A stretch of 38,329 nt of DNA from Octopus sinensis (GCF_006345805.1 NW_021835794.1:1-38329), one strand, 5' to 3'. Counted from the stretch's first letter, positions 23,539 through 35,390 are shown. A program made the numbers and translations. The notes: generated by a model from the letters alone, not told the origin.

Positions 23539-24261
23539 ATATATTATATATATTAGCTTACAGCTCTTTCTATTATATGATGCAGTGGCCTCTTACTCGA
23601 GTACCTGAATAACATCCTCTAGCTTCATTGGAGCCTCGAATATATGAAGTATGATTTATTTCGGGAAAAAGAGTTACAATTTTGCAATACATAGGGAAAA
23701 CATTACCAGTGAGAAATTCATTGCTAGAGTATATTGCGTTCCAAACAGCCATACCAACAAAATCAATTCTTGATTTTTCTTTTTAAAAATTATACCGGTA
23801 TACTAAATCATAGAAATCTCATTCATTCATTCAATAAATAATTTTTTTACATGACCTATATAGAATAAATTGTGGACTTTGCAAATAGCGAACTAACATT
23901 CGAAATGAAAACATTGAAATGAATATACTTTAAATTATCATTAATGAAAATAGCGGCTAGAGAGAGTGAGAGACTGTTGCAAATGAAAACGGAAACCTTC
24001 GCCTGTAACGAGATAATATTGTTTATTAAATCTACTCCGCAGTGAATACAACGAATATTGTATTATTTGGTGAAGTTCGGAAATCGAAATTGCAGGAAAT
24101 TTCTTGTAACGTGAATTTACAAAAAATAATAATATAGGGAAAATTTAAGATGGTTTAGCATTTAATAATTGCTTTCTTTTAGTAACTGTTATATAACTAT
24201 TTAATAAATAGCTTTCTCCATTATAATATAAACACTAGTAGAGCTAGAGACAATGCTTGAT

Positions 24262-24945
24262 TGGCCCAAGGAAGGGAAAACAGTCCTAATTCGCAAATCC
24301 ATTGAAGCTGCAAATCCACAAAATAACAGACCGATAACTTGTCTCCCTACAATTTACAAAGCCTTTACTGCAATAATGTGCAAACATGTGGAAGAAAACA
24401 ACGTGTTTCCAGAAGAGTAGAAGAGATGCTGCAACAGCTCATACGGCGGTAAAGATCAGCTACTGAAGATAACTGAAAGTAGCCGAATAAAGACGAGTCT
24501 AAGTATGGCTTGGATCGATTATCGAAAGGCTTTTGATGGTATTTCCCATACATGGATCCTAGAAACACTAGCCAGGAACAAGGTAGCACCAATAATCATG
24601 AAATATATAAAACATTCCATGAATAAATGTCAGACAGTGCTACAGCTTCCGATAAAACAGGGACTCATAAAATCCCAAGACATCCCCAATTGGACGAGGA
24701 ATATTCCAGAGAAGCAGGCCCTTTCCACTCCTTTTCTGCTTGACACTCACACATTTATCTGACATACTAAGCAGAACTGGATGTGGATACAACTTTTACG
24801 GCAAAACAATCAACCATATCTTGTATGTGGATGATCTAAAACAATACGCTACAAATGATAAGCAGCTGGAAACATTACTACACACAGTGCATGAATTTAC
24901 CAAAGAAATATACATGAAATTTGGCTTAGAAAAATGTGTCAAAGC
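24262..24945 (+). mobile_element. R4/Dong-like non-LTR retrotransposon reverse transcriptase remnant
   Basis: EGKTVLI..NRPITCLPTIYKAFT..EE*KRC..GKDQLL..SMAWIDYRKAFDGISHTWI..INHILYVDDLK (YVDD at 24824-24835)..MKFGLEKC. Several frameshifts and a stop. Confidence 0.85.
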
Positions 24946-24955
24946 AACATGTGCC

Positions 24956-25505
24956 TATGTTGCCATGGTGGAGAACAATTTTAAGCATGGTTGTAGAAAT
25001 AGAAAGTTTCATTAAAGGGAACGCTGGTATTCGTGCAAGATAATGCCCCCTCCCCTGCAGCTAAGAAATCTCCGGAATATCTACAACAATTGGGCTTCTT
25101 TAGACACCACTTGAGGAAGTGGCCTGCGTGTTTACCCGACTTAAAACCGATTGAAAATCTACGGAGTGTTCTGAAGAGGAAGATATATCAAAATGGAAGG
25201 CAGTTTTCAACGAAAGATGCGCCCTGGGAAGCTATTGTGGATGCTGCTGAAATTATTACACCAGATGAAATAGTTACCATGACACATTCAATGGATAAAC
25301 GCGCCAGCGACGCTCTCTCATGTGGCGGATCAAATATCCATCATTAATAACTTCATAACCTCATATTTCTTGTATTATTTCCATTCAAATATATCATTAT
25401 GTTCGTTATAAAGTCCGTTATGATTATATTTGGTGTTGAAAATTAAATGTCACATTAATAAATGTTTGTTTTTGCATAATTAGCATTTTTATTAGACCTA
25501 CCTAA
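24956..25505 (+). mobile_element. Tc1-like (DD34E) transposase 3' remnant with probable right TIR
   Basis: QDNAP..KWPACLPDLKPIENL..LKRKIY (QDNA..H / WP..SPDLNPIENLW family motifs). TIR-like TTTTATTAGACCTACCTAA ends at 25505. Confidence 0.85.
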
Positions 25506-25574
25506 TGATTTAGGTAGGTAAAAATTATGTCTATTTCTTGACGTATGGTTGGATCAGATTTATCTTGGTACAGA

Positions 25575-25820
25575 TGTGTGTGGTTATGTCTGTGTTTGTC
25601 TCCATAACGTTTGAGAATCGGTTTGACTTTGTTTACCTCCTTGTACACAGACTGATAAACTAAGCTTAAATTTCAGATTTATAAATTATGTACTGGTTCG
25701 ATATGTTCGACCGAGAGAACTTGAATTATTTTAGCCGGTTAAATACAAATGCACGCACCGGGCTATGCCAAGGCACCAGTATGACCGCAACCCAATAACT
25801 AAGCCAAGTAAAAGAGCCGA
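25575..25820 (+). mobile_element. SINE family A, highly degenerate 3' half
   Basis: TGTCTGTGTTTGTCTCC..GTACTGGTTCGATATGTTCGAC..CCAAGTAAAAGAG in family order. Confidence 0.55.
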
Positions 25821-26330
25821 GACACATAATACTACCATTTATAAAAAAATTCTTTTTTGTCACCAAGATGTAACACTTATCAAAGTTGAGAAATCATTTT
25901 CTGTACACACACACAAAGACATATCATATATCATATATCTTTACCAAATTTGTATTCAAATAAAACATTTAATATAAATGAAATTATCGCTGTATCCTAA
26001 ATATGTAACGAAAATTTACAGCAGCGTTAATATGTTTATAGAATGTGTCTTTTGTGATGAGACAAAATCAAATCGAATTTGTATGGAATAGAAATAAGGC
26101 CAAGGGTGATAAATATTTTAATAAACATGTGTCTTGTATATTTTCCTTTCATTAATACATTTATTAATACTTTCACTCATAGCCTTTGATTTACTATATA
26201 TATATATATACATATATGCGTATGTGTATATATATACATATATATAACGGCTTTGAAAAAATATTTTCCTGAAACTTTATAACTGTCTTAAAAAAAACTT
26301 TTAGAAAACACAATGACACATACTTTTTGT

Positions 26331-26632
26331 GGAGTCACATGGCCTAGTGGTTAGAGCAGTGGATTTGCAGTCGAGGGATCGCGGGTTCGAATCTCAGACC
26401 GGGTGTGTGTTTATGAGCGACAACCTAAGCTCCACGCGGCTCCGGCAGACGGTAATAGCGAACCTCTGCTGACTCTTTCGCCACAACTTTCTCTCACTAT
26501 TTCCTCCTGCATCTAGCAGCTTACCTGCGACGGACCGGCGTCCCGTCCAGGTGGGGAACCTATACGCCAAGGAAACCGGGAAACCGGCCCTTATGAGCCA
26601 GGCGTGGCTCGAGAAGGAACAAACAACAACAA
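26331..26632 (+). mobile_element. SINE with a family B head and a different tail ending in (CAA)n; 8-bp TSD ACTTTTTG
   Basis: A/B boxes (GGCCTAGTGGTTAG, GGTTCGAATC). Shares CTAAGCTCCACG..GCTCCGGCAG..ACTCTTTC.CCACAACTTTCTCTCACT with family B, then diverges. TSD at 26322-26329 and 26633-26640. Confidence 0.85.
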
Positions 26633-27668
26633 ACTTTTTGGAAGGTAGTTTCCTCATTGTGTGTAAGCGCTTTCGAAGCTCAATTTTTCAAATACAGGTG
26701 TTATGGGGTAATTTGTATAGAGAACTGTTGGTCTAGTATTAAAAACCACTTTCGCTTTACAGATTCCCTGTGAGACAGGTGTTTCAAAAATTGAACACTT
26801 AAAGTGTTTCTCAGAATACGAAAATTTGTGTTTGTGTTTTTTCTGTTATTCTAAGATTTTTTTTTTTAAATATTAACTCGTATGAAAATCTTTTTTTCAA
26901 ATACATGTGTGCGCACGAACGTGCGTATATCTGTGTATGCTTGCGCCTAAGTGTGTATTGAATATTTCATAAATGTAATATTCATATAATGTTTGTGATG
27001 CATCTTTAAGAGAACATTCCAGCAAAAATATCTATCTATCAGAACATAATCCAATCCTCTGTGTTCTTGGCTGGCAGATTCCTGTTACAAATTGCCACTT
27101 AGCTGGGTGTTCTCTTTTCCAGATACCACTGCATTTTGAGATAACTTCTTAGATATTTAGTAACGTTGTCATATTCGGGAAAATGTCATAATTAATAAAT
27201 ACTAAAGTCGCTATCTTTTCTGCTTCACTTTTTCCAATGCAGTTGATGTTCTCCAAAATATTTTCACTCCATCAATCTCAACAGGTGTATATTTTCTCCT
27301 TAAAAGAGAAAAATGTATTGTTTTCCTTGTCGATGCTTCTCTTGTGTTACATCTCCATACTAAGCATTTGAGCTGGTGGCATTTCTATTTGTTCGTTTTG
27401 ATTTATTTTGTTGTTGCTAACGTCAGAACGATGTGCGTTCGAGTTGGATTGACTTCAGTTGTTTTTGAACTTATTTCTATCTTTGTTCGGGTATTGTTGT
27501 GGTGATGCTTATTCACTGAGGGCGTTGCTTCCCCACACGTTCTTCATATTAAATATTAGTTTCACATTTTTGCACAAGGCCAGAAATTCCTGGTGTGTGT
27601 GTGTGTGTGCATGCGCACGTGTGTGTATGTGTGTGTGTGCGCACGTGCATGAGTGCGTGTGAGGTGAG

Positions 27669-27830
27669 GTAAGTCGATTACATCGACCCCAGTGCTCAAC
27701 TGGTACATTTTTTAATCGACCCCAAAAGGATGAAAAAGCGAAGCTGACTTCAGCAGCATTTGCACTCAGGTCGAACGAAATACCGCTATGCATTTTGTCC
27801 TGTATGCTAATGATTTTTCCTCTCACTGCC
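27669..27830 (-). mobile_element. SINE family C, degenerate
   Basis: AAGTCGATTACATCGACCCCAGTG..CTGGTAC..ATCGACCCCAAAAGGATGAAA is the reverse complement of the family C core. Confidence 0.8.
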
Positions 27831-28049
27831 ATCTTTATATTAAATAATAAGTCTGTTTTTAGTCGGTTTACTGTAGGTGTATAGCTTCTGTAATTTGTCG
27901 TAATGTTGGATTGTTTTGCAAAATGTTATAAGTACAGGTGCGAACTTAAAAACCTGGTAGTGGCGTTCAGTCTCTGGAAACGATTGATCTCAGTTATTTT
28001 CAAACTAATAGTTACATTTAGAGGGTACTTTGATCTTTATGATCGTTTA

Positions 28050-28340
28050 GTCCACATTGTTCCTAAAGGAGCATTAGCCGCAACAATTTCATGCCTCTGG
28101 AACCGATCTTGGGCTACCTCCTTGATTTCAGACCAAGAGAGACCAATTGCTTTTGCTTCGTCCTCCATATATCCATCCCAGGTATTCTTAGATCATCCAA
28201 CATCCCTCTTCTCTTCAGGTTGTCATTCCAACCTTTGTCATGCAATGTTGCTTTGAGGTTTCCTTAGAGTGTAACCGATCTAGTTCCATTTCCTTCTCAG
28301 AATTCCTCGATAGATGCGAGTCTATGACTGTCATGTATCT
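28050..28340 (-). mobile_element. RTE-clade LINE, decayed 3' end of the ORF
   Basis: Minus strand RKWN*IGYTLRKPQSNIA*QRLE*QPEEKR..G*SKNTW..EAKAIGLSWSEIKEVAQDR matches the RTE C-terminus (W.GH.LR..W.P.GKR.RGRP..TW..AQDR). Confidence 0.85.
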
Positions 28341-28386
28341 GCCTTCAGCTTCAAACAATTATAACAGCCGGTTACGTTTATGCCAT

Positions 28387-28609
28387 GTGAAGGTGTGTTG
28401 CCCAGTCGATAGGGTGTTGTACTCAAGATTACAAAATCCTGGTTTCAAACCCTGGACCGGGCGTGCAGTGTGTCTTAAGCTAAACCCTTTTTACGCTGCT
28501 CTAGGCCACTCAGCCGTAAATACATAACTCTGCAACCGGCTGACGTTCCGTTCTTGGAAATGTTGTGAGCTCCGGTAATTATACGCCATGGAGACCGGGT
28601 GACAGGGCC
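28387..28609 (+). mobile_element. Degenerate SINE with a family D-type head and a tail resembling 26331-26632
   Basis: GTGAAGGTG head, B box GGTTTCAAACCC, CCACTCAGCCGTAAAT core, TATACGCCATGGAGACCGGG (compare TATACGCCAAGGAAACCGGG at about 26560-26580). Confidence 0.6.
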
Positions 28610-28656
28610 AAAACATCCAAGGACTTTATACTGCAATGCCCACCACCATGTTATTA

Positions 28657-28830
28657 CTCTGTTACTCTTTTACTTGTTTCAGTCATTTGACTGTGGGCAT
28701 GCTGGAGCACCGCCTTAGGTCGAGTAAATCGACTCCAGGACTTATTCTTTGGAAGCCTAGTACTTTTGCCGAACCGCTAGGTTACGGGGGCGTAAACACG
28801 CCAGCATCGGTTGTCAAGCGGTGTAGGTGG
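28657..28830 (-). mobile_element. SINE family A, 3' half
   Basis: TTACTCTTTTACTTGTTTCAGTCATTTGACTG..GGAGCACCGCC..CATCGGTTGTCAAGC. Confidence 0.85.
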
Positions 28831-29089
28831 GCAGGATTTGTCATCGTGCGTAAGGGGGGTATCATATAGTATTGAGAACAAATGTTTATAAAATCATTAT
28901 ATGTAGGATTCATACCCTACAGATACTGCAACTGTTGTGGGTGCTGGTATTCAAATTGTTGCGCTTATTGTTGTTGTAGTTGTTGCCGTTGTTCATGATG
29001 AAGTTTTAATGGTAATTTATTTCAATGAAGTATAAATATTCATAGAAACGTGTCCGAATTGTGAATCGCGTGCGTATGTAATTTTAAGT

Positions 29090-29139
29090 AAAATATACAT
29101 ACATAAATGTGTATACACACACACACATACATACATACC

Positions 29140-29204
<65 letters not shown>

Positions 29205-29785
29205 TTACAGAGAGAGAAGAAAGAGAGATTGATATATATATATATATATATATATAAATATTTATATTCATTTATATATATATAATATATATATATGTGT
29301 ATATACATAGATATATATACATACATGTTTGTGTATATGTGAATATATATATGTATATATATATAAACATACATGTATGTGTGTATAAATACACATATAG
29401 ATATATACACATACATATGTATGTTGGTGTATATACATATATATTTATATACATATATACATTACATATATATGTATATATGTGTATATATGTGTGTGTA
29501 TGCATATGTCCACAAATATGTGTGTATATATATATGTTTATATATATGTATATATATGTATTTATATATATATGTAAATATGTGCGTATATATATGTATA
29601 TATATATAGATATATTTATATTTGTATATATTGATATATATGTATATATATGTATATATTTGTATATATATGTATATATGTATATATATAAATATACATG
29701 TGTATATTTGTATACGTGTGTGTATACATATATATGTATATATATATGTATATATATGTATATATATATATGTATGTATGTATAT

Positions 29786-29838
<53 letters not shown>

Positions 29839-29860
29839 TTATATATATATATATGCATGC
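29090..29860. repeat. (TA)n/(TATG)n degenerate field
   Basis: Directly visible. Confidence 0.95.
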
Positions 29861-30101
29861 ACTGTGTATATCGTTGTGCTAAGCGTATTAACAGAAAAGA
29901 ACAGAGAACTCACGAATATAAAAACAATTACTATTCAGAGTTAATACATAATTAAATATAACGAGCTAACGATGAATGCACAATCGAAATACAAGTAGTT
30001 GTAAACGCTTACATATGACTACCTATACAAACAGTACTAATATAATAATATAATGATATAATAAATTATCTTTCAGAATACAAATACGTATTTTCACATT
30101 C

Positions 30102-30283
30102 GTGGCCGAGTCGTTAGCACGCCGGAGAAAATGATTTTGCTACGTTTCAACCATCCTTACGTTTTGAGGTCAAATTCCGCATAGTTCGTCAGTGGCTTTC
30201 GTCATTTCAGAATTGATATAATAAGTACCAGCTTGGATCGATGTAATCGACTAGCCTCTTTCTTTGCAATTGCTGGGCTTGCG
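30102..30283 (+). mobile_element. SINE family C, degenerate
   Basis: GAGTCGTTAGCACGCCGG..TACGTTTTGAGGTCAAATTCCGC..ATAAGTACCAG..GATCGATGTAATCGACT. Confidence 0.75.
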
Positions 30284-30287
30284 CTAA

Positions 30288-30699
30288 CTCTCTTTACTCT
30301 TTTACTCTTTTACTTGTTTCAGTCATGTGACTGTGGCCATGCTGGAGCACCGCGTTTAGTCGAGCAAATCGACCCCAGGACTTATTCTTTGTAAGCCTAG
30401 TACTTATTCTATCGGACTCTTTTTCCCGAACCGCTACGTTACGGGGACGTAAACACAACAACATCGGTTGTCAAGCGATGTGGTGGGGGGACAAACACAG
30501 ACACACAAACACACACACACACATATATATATACACATATATACGACGGGCTTCTTTCAGTTTCCGCCTACCAAATCCACTCACAAGGCTTTGGTTGGCC
30601 CGAGGCTATAGTAAAAGACACTTACCCAAGGTGCCACGCAGTGGGACTGACCCCGGAACTATGTACTTGGTAAGCAAGCTACTTACCAAACAGCGACAC
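30288..30699 (-). mobile_element. SINE family A, near full length
   Basis: Collinear with 13690-14113. Confidence 0.9.
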
Positions 30700-30759
30700 A
30701 TAAAAATAATAATAAAAATGATTACTACTACTACTACTACTACTAGTGTCATCATTGAT

Positions 30760-31125
30760 ATTGAATATGAGAGAGCAATACATGCCATCAAATTGACACG
30801 GTCTACACATACACCAAGCCCAATACAACCACCATGACTACCTTGCTGATAAGGGTAGACCAGGCATATGCAACACAACGATATGTGCACGACATAGCGA
30901 TCTCATATCAAGATAAACAGTGCATGACCTTGCAGGTCTTGTAGCCTATCCCGCTTGAAAGGTCCTTGCATGTTTCTGTAAGGATAATGAACGAAACACC
31001 TATGCTTCTAGAGGTGAATTATTCAAACTTCAAGGAATTCTTCTCAACACATGACTATAATGCTCCACCACTACTCATGTTCCTGATCAGAGATGCACAT
31101 TTCATCAGCCACTAAAGGACATGCT
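30760..31125. other. Probable interspersed repeat of undetermined class
   Basis: GC-balanced block that resembles a repeat I recall from octopus DNA; single copy here and no coding motif found, so weakly supported. Confidence 0.3.
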
Positions 31126-31496
31126 CAAATATATACATATACATGCATACACATTTATACATACATGCATATATATTTACGTAGAAACATACCCATAGGT
31201 ACATACATATTACATGTGTTGAGAAGGAAGTATTCTTTCAATAGTTCATATTATTCTTTTTATATAATTATAATAATTATACACAAACATATATATATAT
31301 TCATAAAAACATGTGATATGTTTTCAATTGAGGGTTTTAGACAAAGGTCCACAATAACTGGGTTAGAGTTTATATTAATACCTGTGATATTAGTTGGTGC
31401 TACAAGTCATAAATTTCCGGGTATTAATCAATATACTTTATTATTTTCTGTCTTGTTTTGTTTATCGTGTAGCTTAAATACCCTTCCCAGTTCCCG

Positions 31497-31790
31497 TAGG
31501 GGTTTGACAAAGCAATGGAAACATCTAGCATCATAGCATCATAATTTTGAACTGTCTATAAACCCGTCAAAAGTTTGTTTCTTTTATATTTTTTTATTTA
31601 TTGTTAGTGTTGCTTAATATGTTTTGCTCAAATTGCTGTTCTTTTTTCAGATATTATCAGAGAAAGGTAATTAAAATTCATTAAAATGACAGATCTATCG
31701 GAGTTTCAAAGAGGTCGCATGGCAGGCGCTAGCGTAACGAAAACAGCCGAAATGCTTGTTTTATCAAGAAGTACTGTCCCGAAAGCAATT
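31497..31790 (+). mobile_element. Tc1-like transposon 5' end (TIR plus N-terminal HTH), truncated
   Basis: TIR-like TAGGGGTTTGACAAAGCAATGGAAACATCT. ATG at 31686 gives MTDLSEFQRG-RMAGASVTKTAEMLVLSRSTV, like the Tc1 consensus DLSDFERGQIVGAR.AGASV.KTA..GVSR.TV with a short deletion. Confidence 0.8.
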
Positions 31791-31914
31791 TAGACCTATA
31801 GAATAAGTACTAGTTTTACAAGGAATGAATCCACCGGTAGATTTGTTCGACTAAAGGCGGTGTTCCAGCATGGCAGCAATCAAAATGACTGAAGGAAGCG
31901 AAAAAGAGTAAAAT
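31789..31914 (+). mobile_element. SINE family A, 3' end
   Basis: GAATAAGTACTAG..TTTGTTCGACTAAAGGCGGTGTTCCAGCATGGC..AATGACTGAA..AAAAGAGTAAAA. Confidence 0.8.
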
Positions 31915-31956
31915 ATAATGTATAATAGGATATAATATATAATATATATGGACATG

Positions 31957-32037
<81 letters not shown>

Positions 32038-32124
32038 GTGTATGTGTGTGTGTGAGTGTGTGTGTATGTATGTATGTATCTATGTACATATGTATATATT
32101 CGCATACATGCGAATCTAGCTTTC

Positions 32125-32159
<35 letters not shown>

Positions 32160-32378
32160 ATATGTTTGTTTGCCTGTGTTTGTTCCCCTAGCATTGCTTG
32201 ACAACCGAAGCTGGTGTGTTTACGTCCCCGTCACTTAGCGGTTCGGCAAAAAGAGACCTGATATAATAAGTAGTAGGCTTACAAAAAATAAGTCCCGGGG
32301 TTGATTTGCTCGATTAAAGGCTGTGCTCCAGCATGGCCGCAGGCAAATGACTGAAACAAGCAAAAGAGTAAAAGAGAG
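32160..32378 (+). mobile_element. SINE family A, 3' half
   Basis: CCCCTAGCATTGCTTGACAACCGA..GTGCTCCAGCATGGCCGCAG..TGACTGAAACAAGCAAAAGAGTAAAAG. Confidence 0.9.
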
Positions 32379-32677
32379 AATATATGTATAAACATATATA
32401 TATAGATATGTATGTGTGGCAGTGAGTTTGTGTGTTTCTGTGTACATGTCTGTATGCATGTGTATGTATATGAACTTATACAAATGCATATATGTGTATG
32501 CTTTCGTGCATGAGTTTATGTCATATAACACAACAAATAATTAATTTCTGAAAAAATCCTTCCTACGTTCAGATGACTGGGTACAGGTGGTGCTTCTCAT
32601 TCAATAATGACTTTCTTAATTAGTTCTATATACTTTTTCTCATCTCAGAAATATTCTCTCGAGACAGAATGCAAATC

Positions 32678-32679
<2 letters not shown>

Positions 32680-32743
<64 letters not shown>

Positions 32744-32872
32744 ACATATATATACATGCATATCTATACACATATATATACATGTCCATATATACATATA
32801 TATGTATATGCATGAATGTATGTATATACACATACATATGTATATATATATATATACACATATACATATATA

Positions 32873-32914
<42 letters not shown>

Positions 32915-33003
32915 ATACTTACATATCTATATCCATATATATACATACATATCTGTATATATATAAATATATATATATACATACATGCATATCTATTTAT
33001 ATC

Positions 33004-33036
<33 letters not shown>

Positions 33037-33037
33037 T
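32680..33037. repeat. (TA)n/(TG)n field
   Basis: Directly visible. Confidence 0.95.
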
Positions 33038-34340
33038 TCAATAATATGGTTGTCAGGATGTTGGTTGATTATATATATTTTTTATTAACATTTTATTGAA
33101 AGTTGTAGCGCTTTCTTCCTTTATCAAAAAGTGGTTTGAAGTTAAATTTATTGTCCTTTATATAAATAAAAAAAATTGTGAATTTTACCAAGCAAGGGAG
33201 AAGACAGAAGATAAAAGTTCGAGAACGAGGGGTAGGTAAATAGGCGTGGCTTTTGTATTGGTATGGTCAGACTTGCTTGTTTAATACTTAGTGACCTTTA
33301 ATGTTAGGTCACTTAATCTTAGTTAATCTTAGTTGTGCTCTTTCGAGTATCCTTATTTGCTGTTGCAAATGGCATCCCTTCCATTGTAGGTGGTGCTGCT
33401 GCTACTTCTACTGTGGCTGCTTCGGTGGTGATCTTAGTGCCGTCTTTGTAGCTGTTGATGTTTTCTCTGCACGCTATGCAGTCGTTGTTGCTTTTGGTGG
33501 TAGTGAAGCTACTTTTGATGCAGCCTGTGTTTGCTGCTGTTGGAGATGTTGTGAAGATCATTGCTAGCTCTCACTGTGCACGCAACCATGTGCTGCCAAC
33601 TGTGCTGCCATGTGCTGCGCACTATAGAACTATTCCCGGAAGTTTTTGATACCACCTCGTATAAAAAATTTCCCAATTTTATACAATTTAATAGTGATTT
33701 TTTTTAAAGTGAAACTACAACCGTAGACGGATGTTAACAAAGTCTACGATTCTAGCGCTTCTGTTTGTATATGGACGTAATATTTCAATATTACAGTCAA
33801 CGATTAATGTCATTATTGGTAAATTGTATCGTCTGGTTGCTTATATTAAGTATATAATTGTTCCTGCAATTGATTCACCAATTCATAATAAATGCTGGCC
33901 GTCGTTGCAGTAAATATTGGTCAAATACAATATCAGAAGAAATATTTCCAAGAGAGGCTTTATTATGGTTGGCAGACGATAGTTTGTTTGCTCTCATTAC
34001 AATGTTTAGTTCAGGAGTGTTGCTGGCGGACGAGAAGCGTGGGATACTACGGACAGGAAAGGATAGCAATTGGCTACTGCGATAAAAATGGCTGCGGAAA
34101 GATCTATGCTAGAATATCATTGCGAGTGAATTACATTATATTGCGTATTTTGCTATGGCAAACGATTTCTGAGGCTTTGGCAATTTCTTGCCGAATAACC
34201 TATACAGATGATTTGTTTGTGCTGTACATTATCTGACTAGTTCACTCTCACCATGAAATCGTCATTTCCTGTACAGGTACGCAGTTTGCTGCATGATTGA
34301 TATCGAAGTTATCAACGAACAACATCTCGAGATGAAGTGG

Positions 34341-34708
34341 GCATTTTTTTTTTTTTTTACTTTTACTCAACGTACTTCCCGGTCTGAAAATCGAAACCAG
34401 AATCTCTCGATTGTGAATGCAACGTCCTAACCACTCCACAGGGTCCACACGCCTTTCATATTACATTATATACAAGTAGGTGCTGAAAAGTTCCTAGCTT
34501 TAAGGGTATCCCCCAAAGGGCTTAGAAGCATTTTTCTTTACTTTTGCTCAACGCACTTCCCGGTCTGAAAATCGAAACCAGAATCTCTCGATTGTGAATG
34601 CAACGTCCTAACCACTCCACAGGGTCCACACGCCTTTCATATTACATTATATACAAGTAGGTGCTGAAAAGTTCCTAGCTTTAAGGGTATCCCCCAAGGG
34701 GCTTAGAA
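34341..34708. repeat. Recent tandem duplication, 181-bp period
   Basis: ACTTCCCGGTCTG at 34374 and 34555; GGGCTTAGAA ends at 34527 and 34708. I count three substitutions plus a poly-T difference. Confidence 0.95.
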
Positions 34709-34832
34709 AAGCTGAAGGACCGTTGCGATAACTGTCTGAATCTAAGAGGGGAATATGTTGAATAAATTCATAAACTGATCCTCTCGTATTTTCTTTTACC
34801 CAAAGCTAGGAAATTTTCAGCACTCACTCGTA
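34652..34832 (+). mobile_element. mariner-derived MITE or internal-deletion derivative with both TIRs and TA TSDs
   Basis: Left TA-CAAGTAGGTGCTGAAAAGTTCCTAGCTTT; right AAAGCTAGGAAATTTTCAGCACTCACTCG-TA. The interior keeps the transposase C-terminus LKDRCDNCLNLRGEYVE*. Confidence 0.85.
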
Positions 34833-35189
34833 ATATATAAAAATATATCTTATATAATATATCATCATACTATAAAATGAATTGATATATTTTTTCTGTG
34901 CTGTGTTTGTATAAACATGATTGTACTCAGGTGGAAATATGGATCAAATATAGAAGGAAAAAAAAAAGCAAAAAAATTGTTTGACATATCTCACATAAAA
35001 TCTAATTGGCAAGATTTGTGAGGAAGTCAATTAATTAAAAACTGTAATCTTAAATCAATGAATTAATTATCTGAGTCAATTAACAGCTCTAAAGATCTAA
35101 CTAAATTAAAGCAGAAGTTAATTACCAATGCTTCGAAGATTTTTCAATGTCGTCATAACACTTACATTGATAATTATTTCACTGGAGGA

Positions 35190-35240
35190 CATCATCCTTC
35201 TCATCATCACCAACATCATCATCCTCATCACGAGGATCAA

Positions 35241-35273
<33 letters not shown>

Positions 35274-35390
35274 CATAACCACCACCATCATCATCATCGT
35301 CATCATCGTCATCGTCATCATCATCATCATCATCCTCATTATCATCATCATCGTCATCGGCATCGTCATCATTATTGCCGTCAACGTCTT
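35190..35390. repeat. (CAT)n microsatellite
   Basis: Directly visible. Confidence 0.95.

Noticed and set aside
28895-28930. miR-10-like TACCCT..AGAT in a short hairpin
   Set aside because: It does not match the mature miR-10 sequence beyond the first bases, and the stem is far too short for a pre-miRNA.
7181-31095. Other CTGANGA heptamers (about 7182, 8851, 14450, 15517, 20611, 24463, 25172, 28214, 31105)
   Set aside because: No correctly placed GAAA, stem II and NUH site; several lie in TE coding sequence.
34341-34708. CRISPR-like or satellite array
   Set aside because: Only two units, no spacers, eukaryotic context; it is a simple duplication. No CRISPR array or cas gene is seen anywhere in the window.
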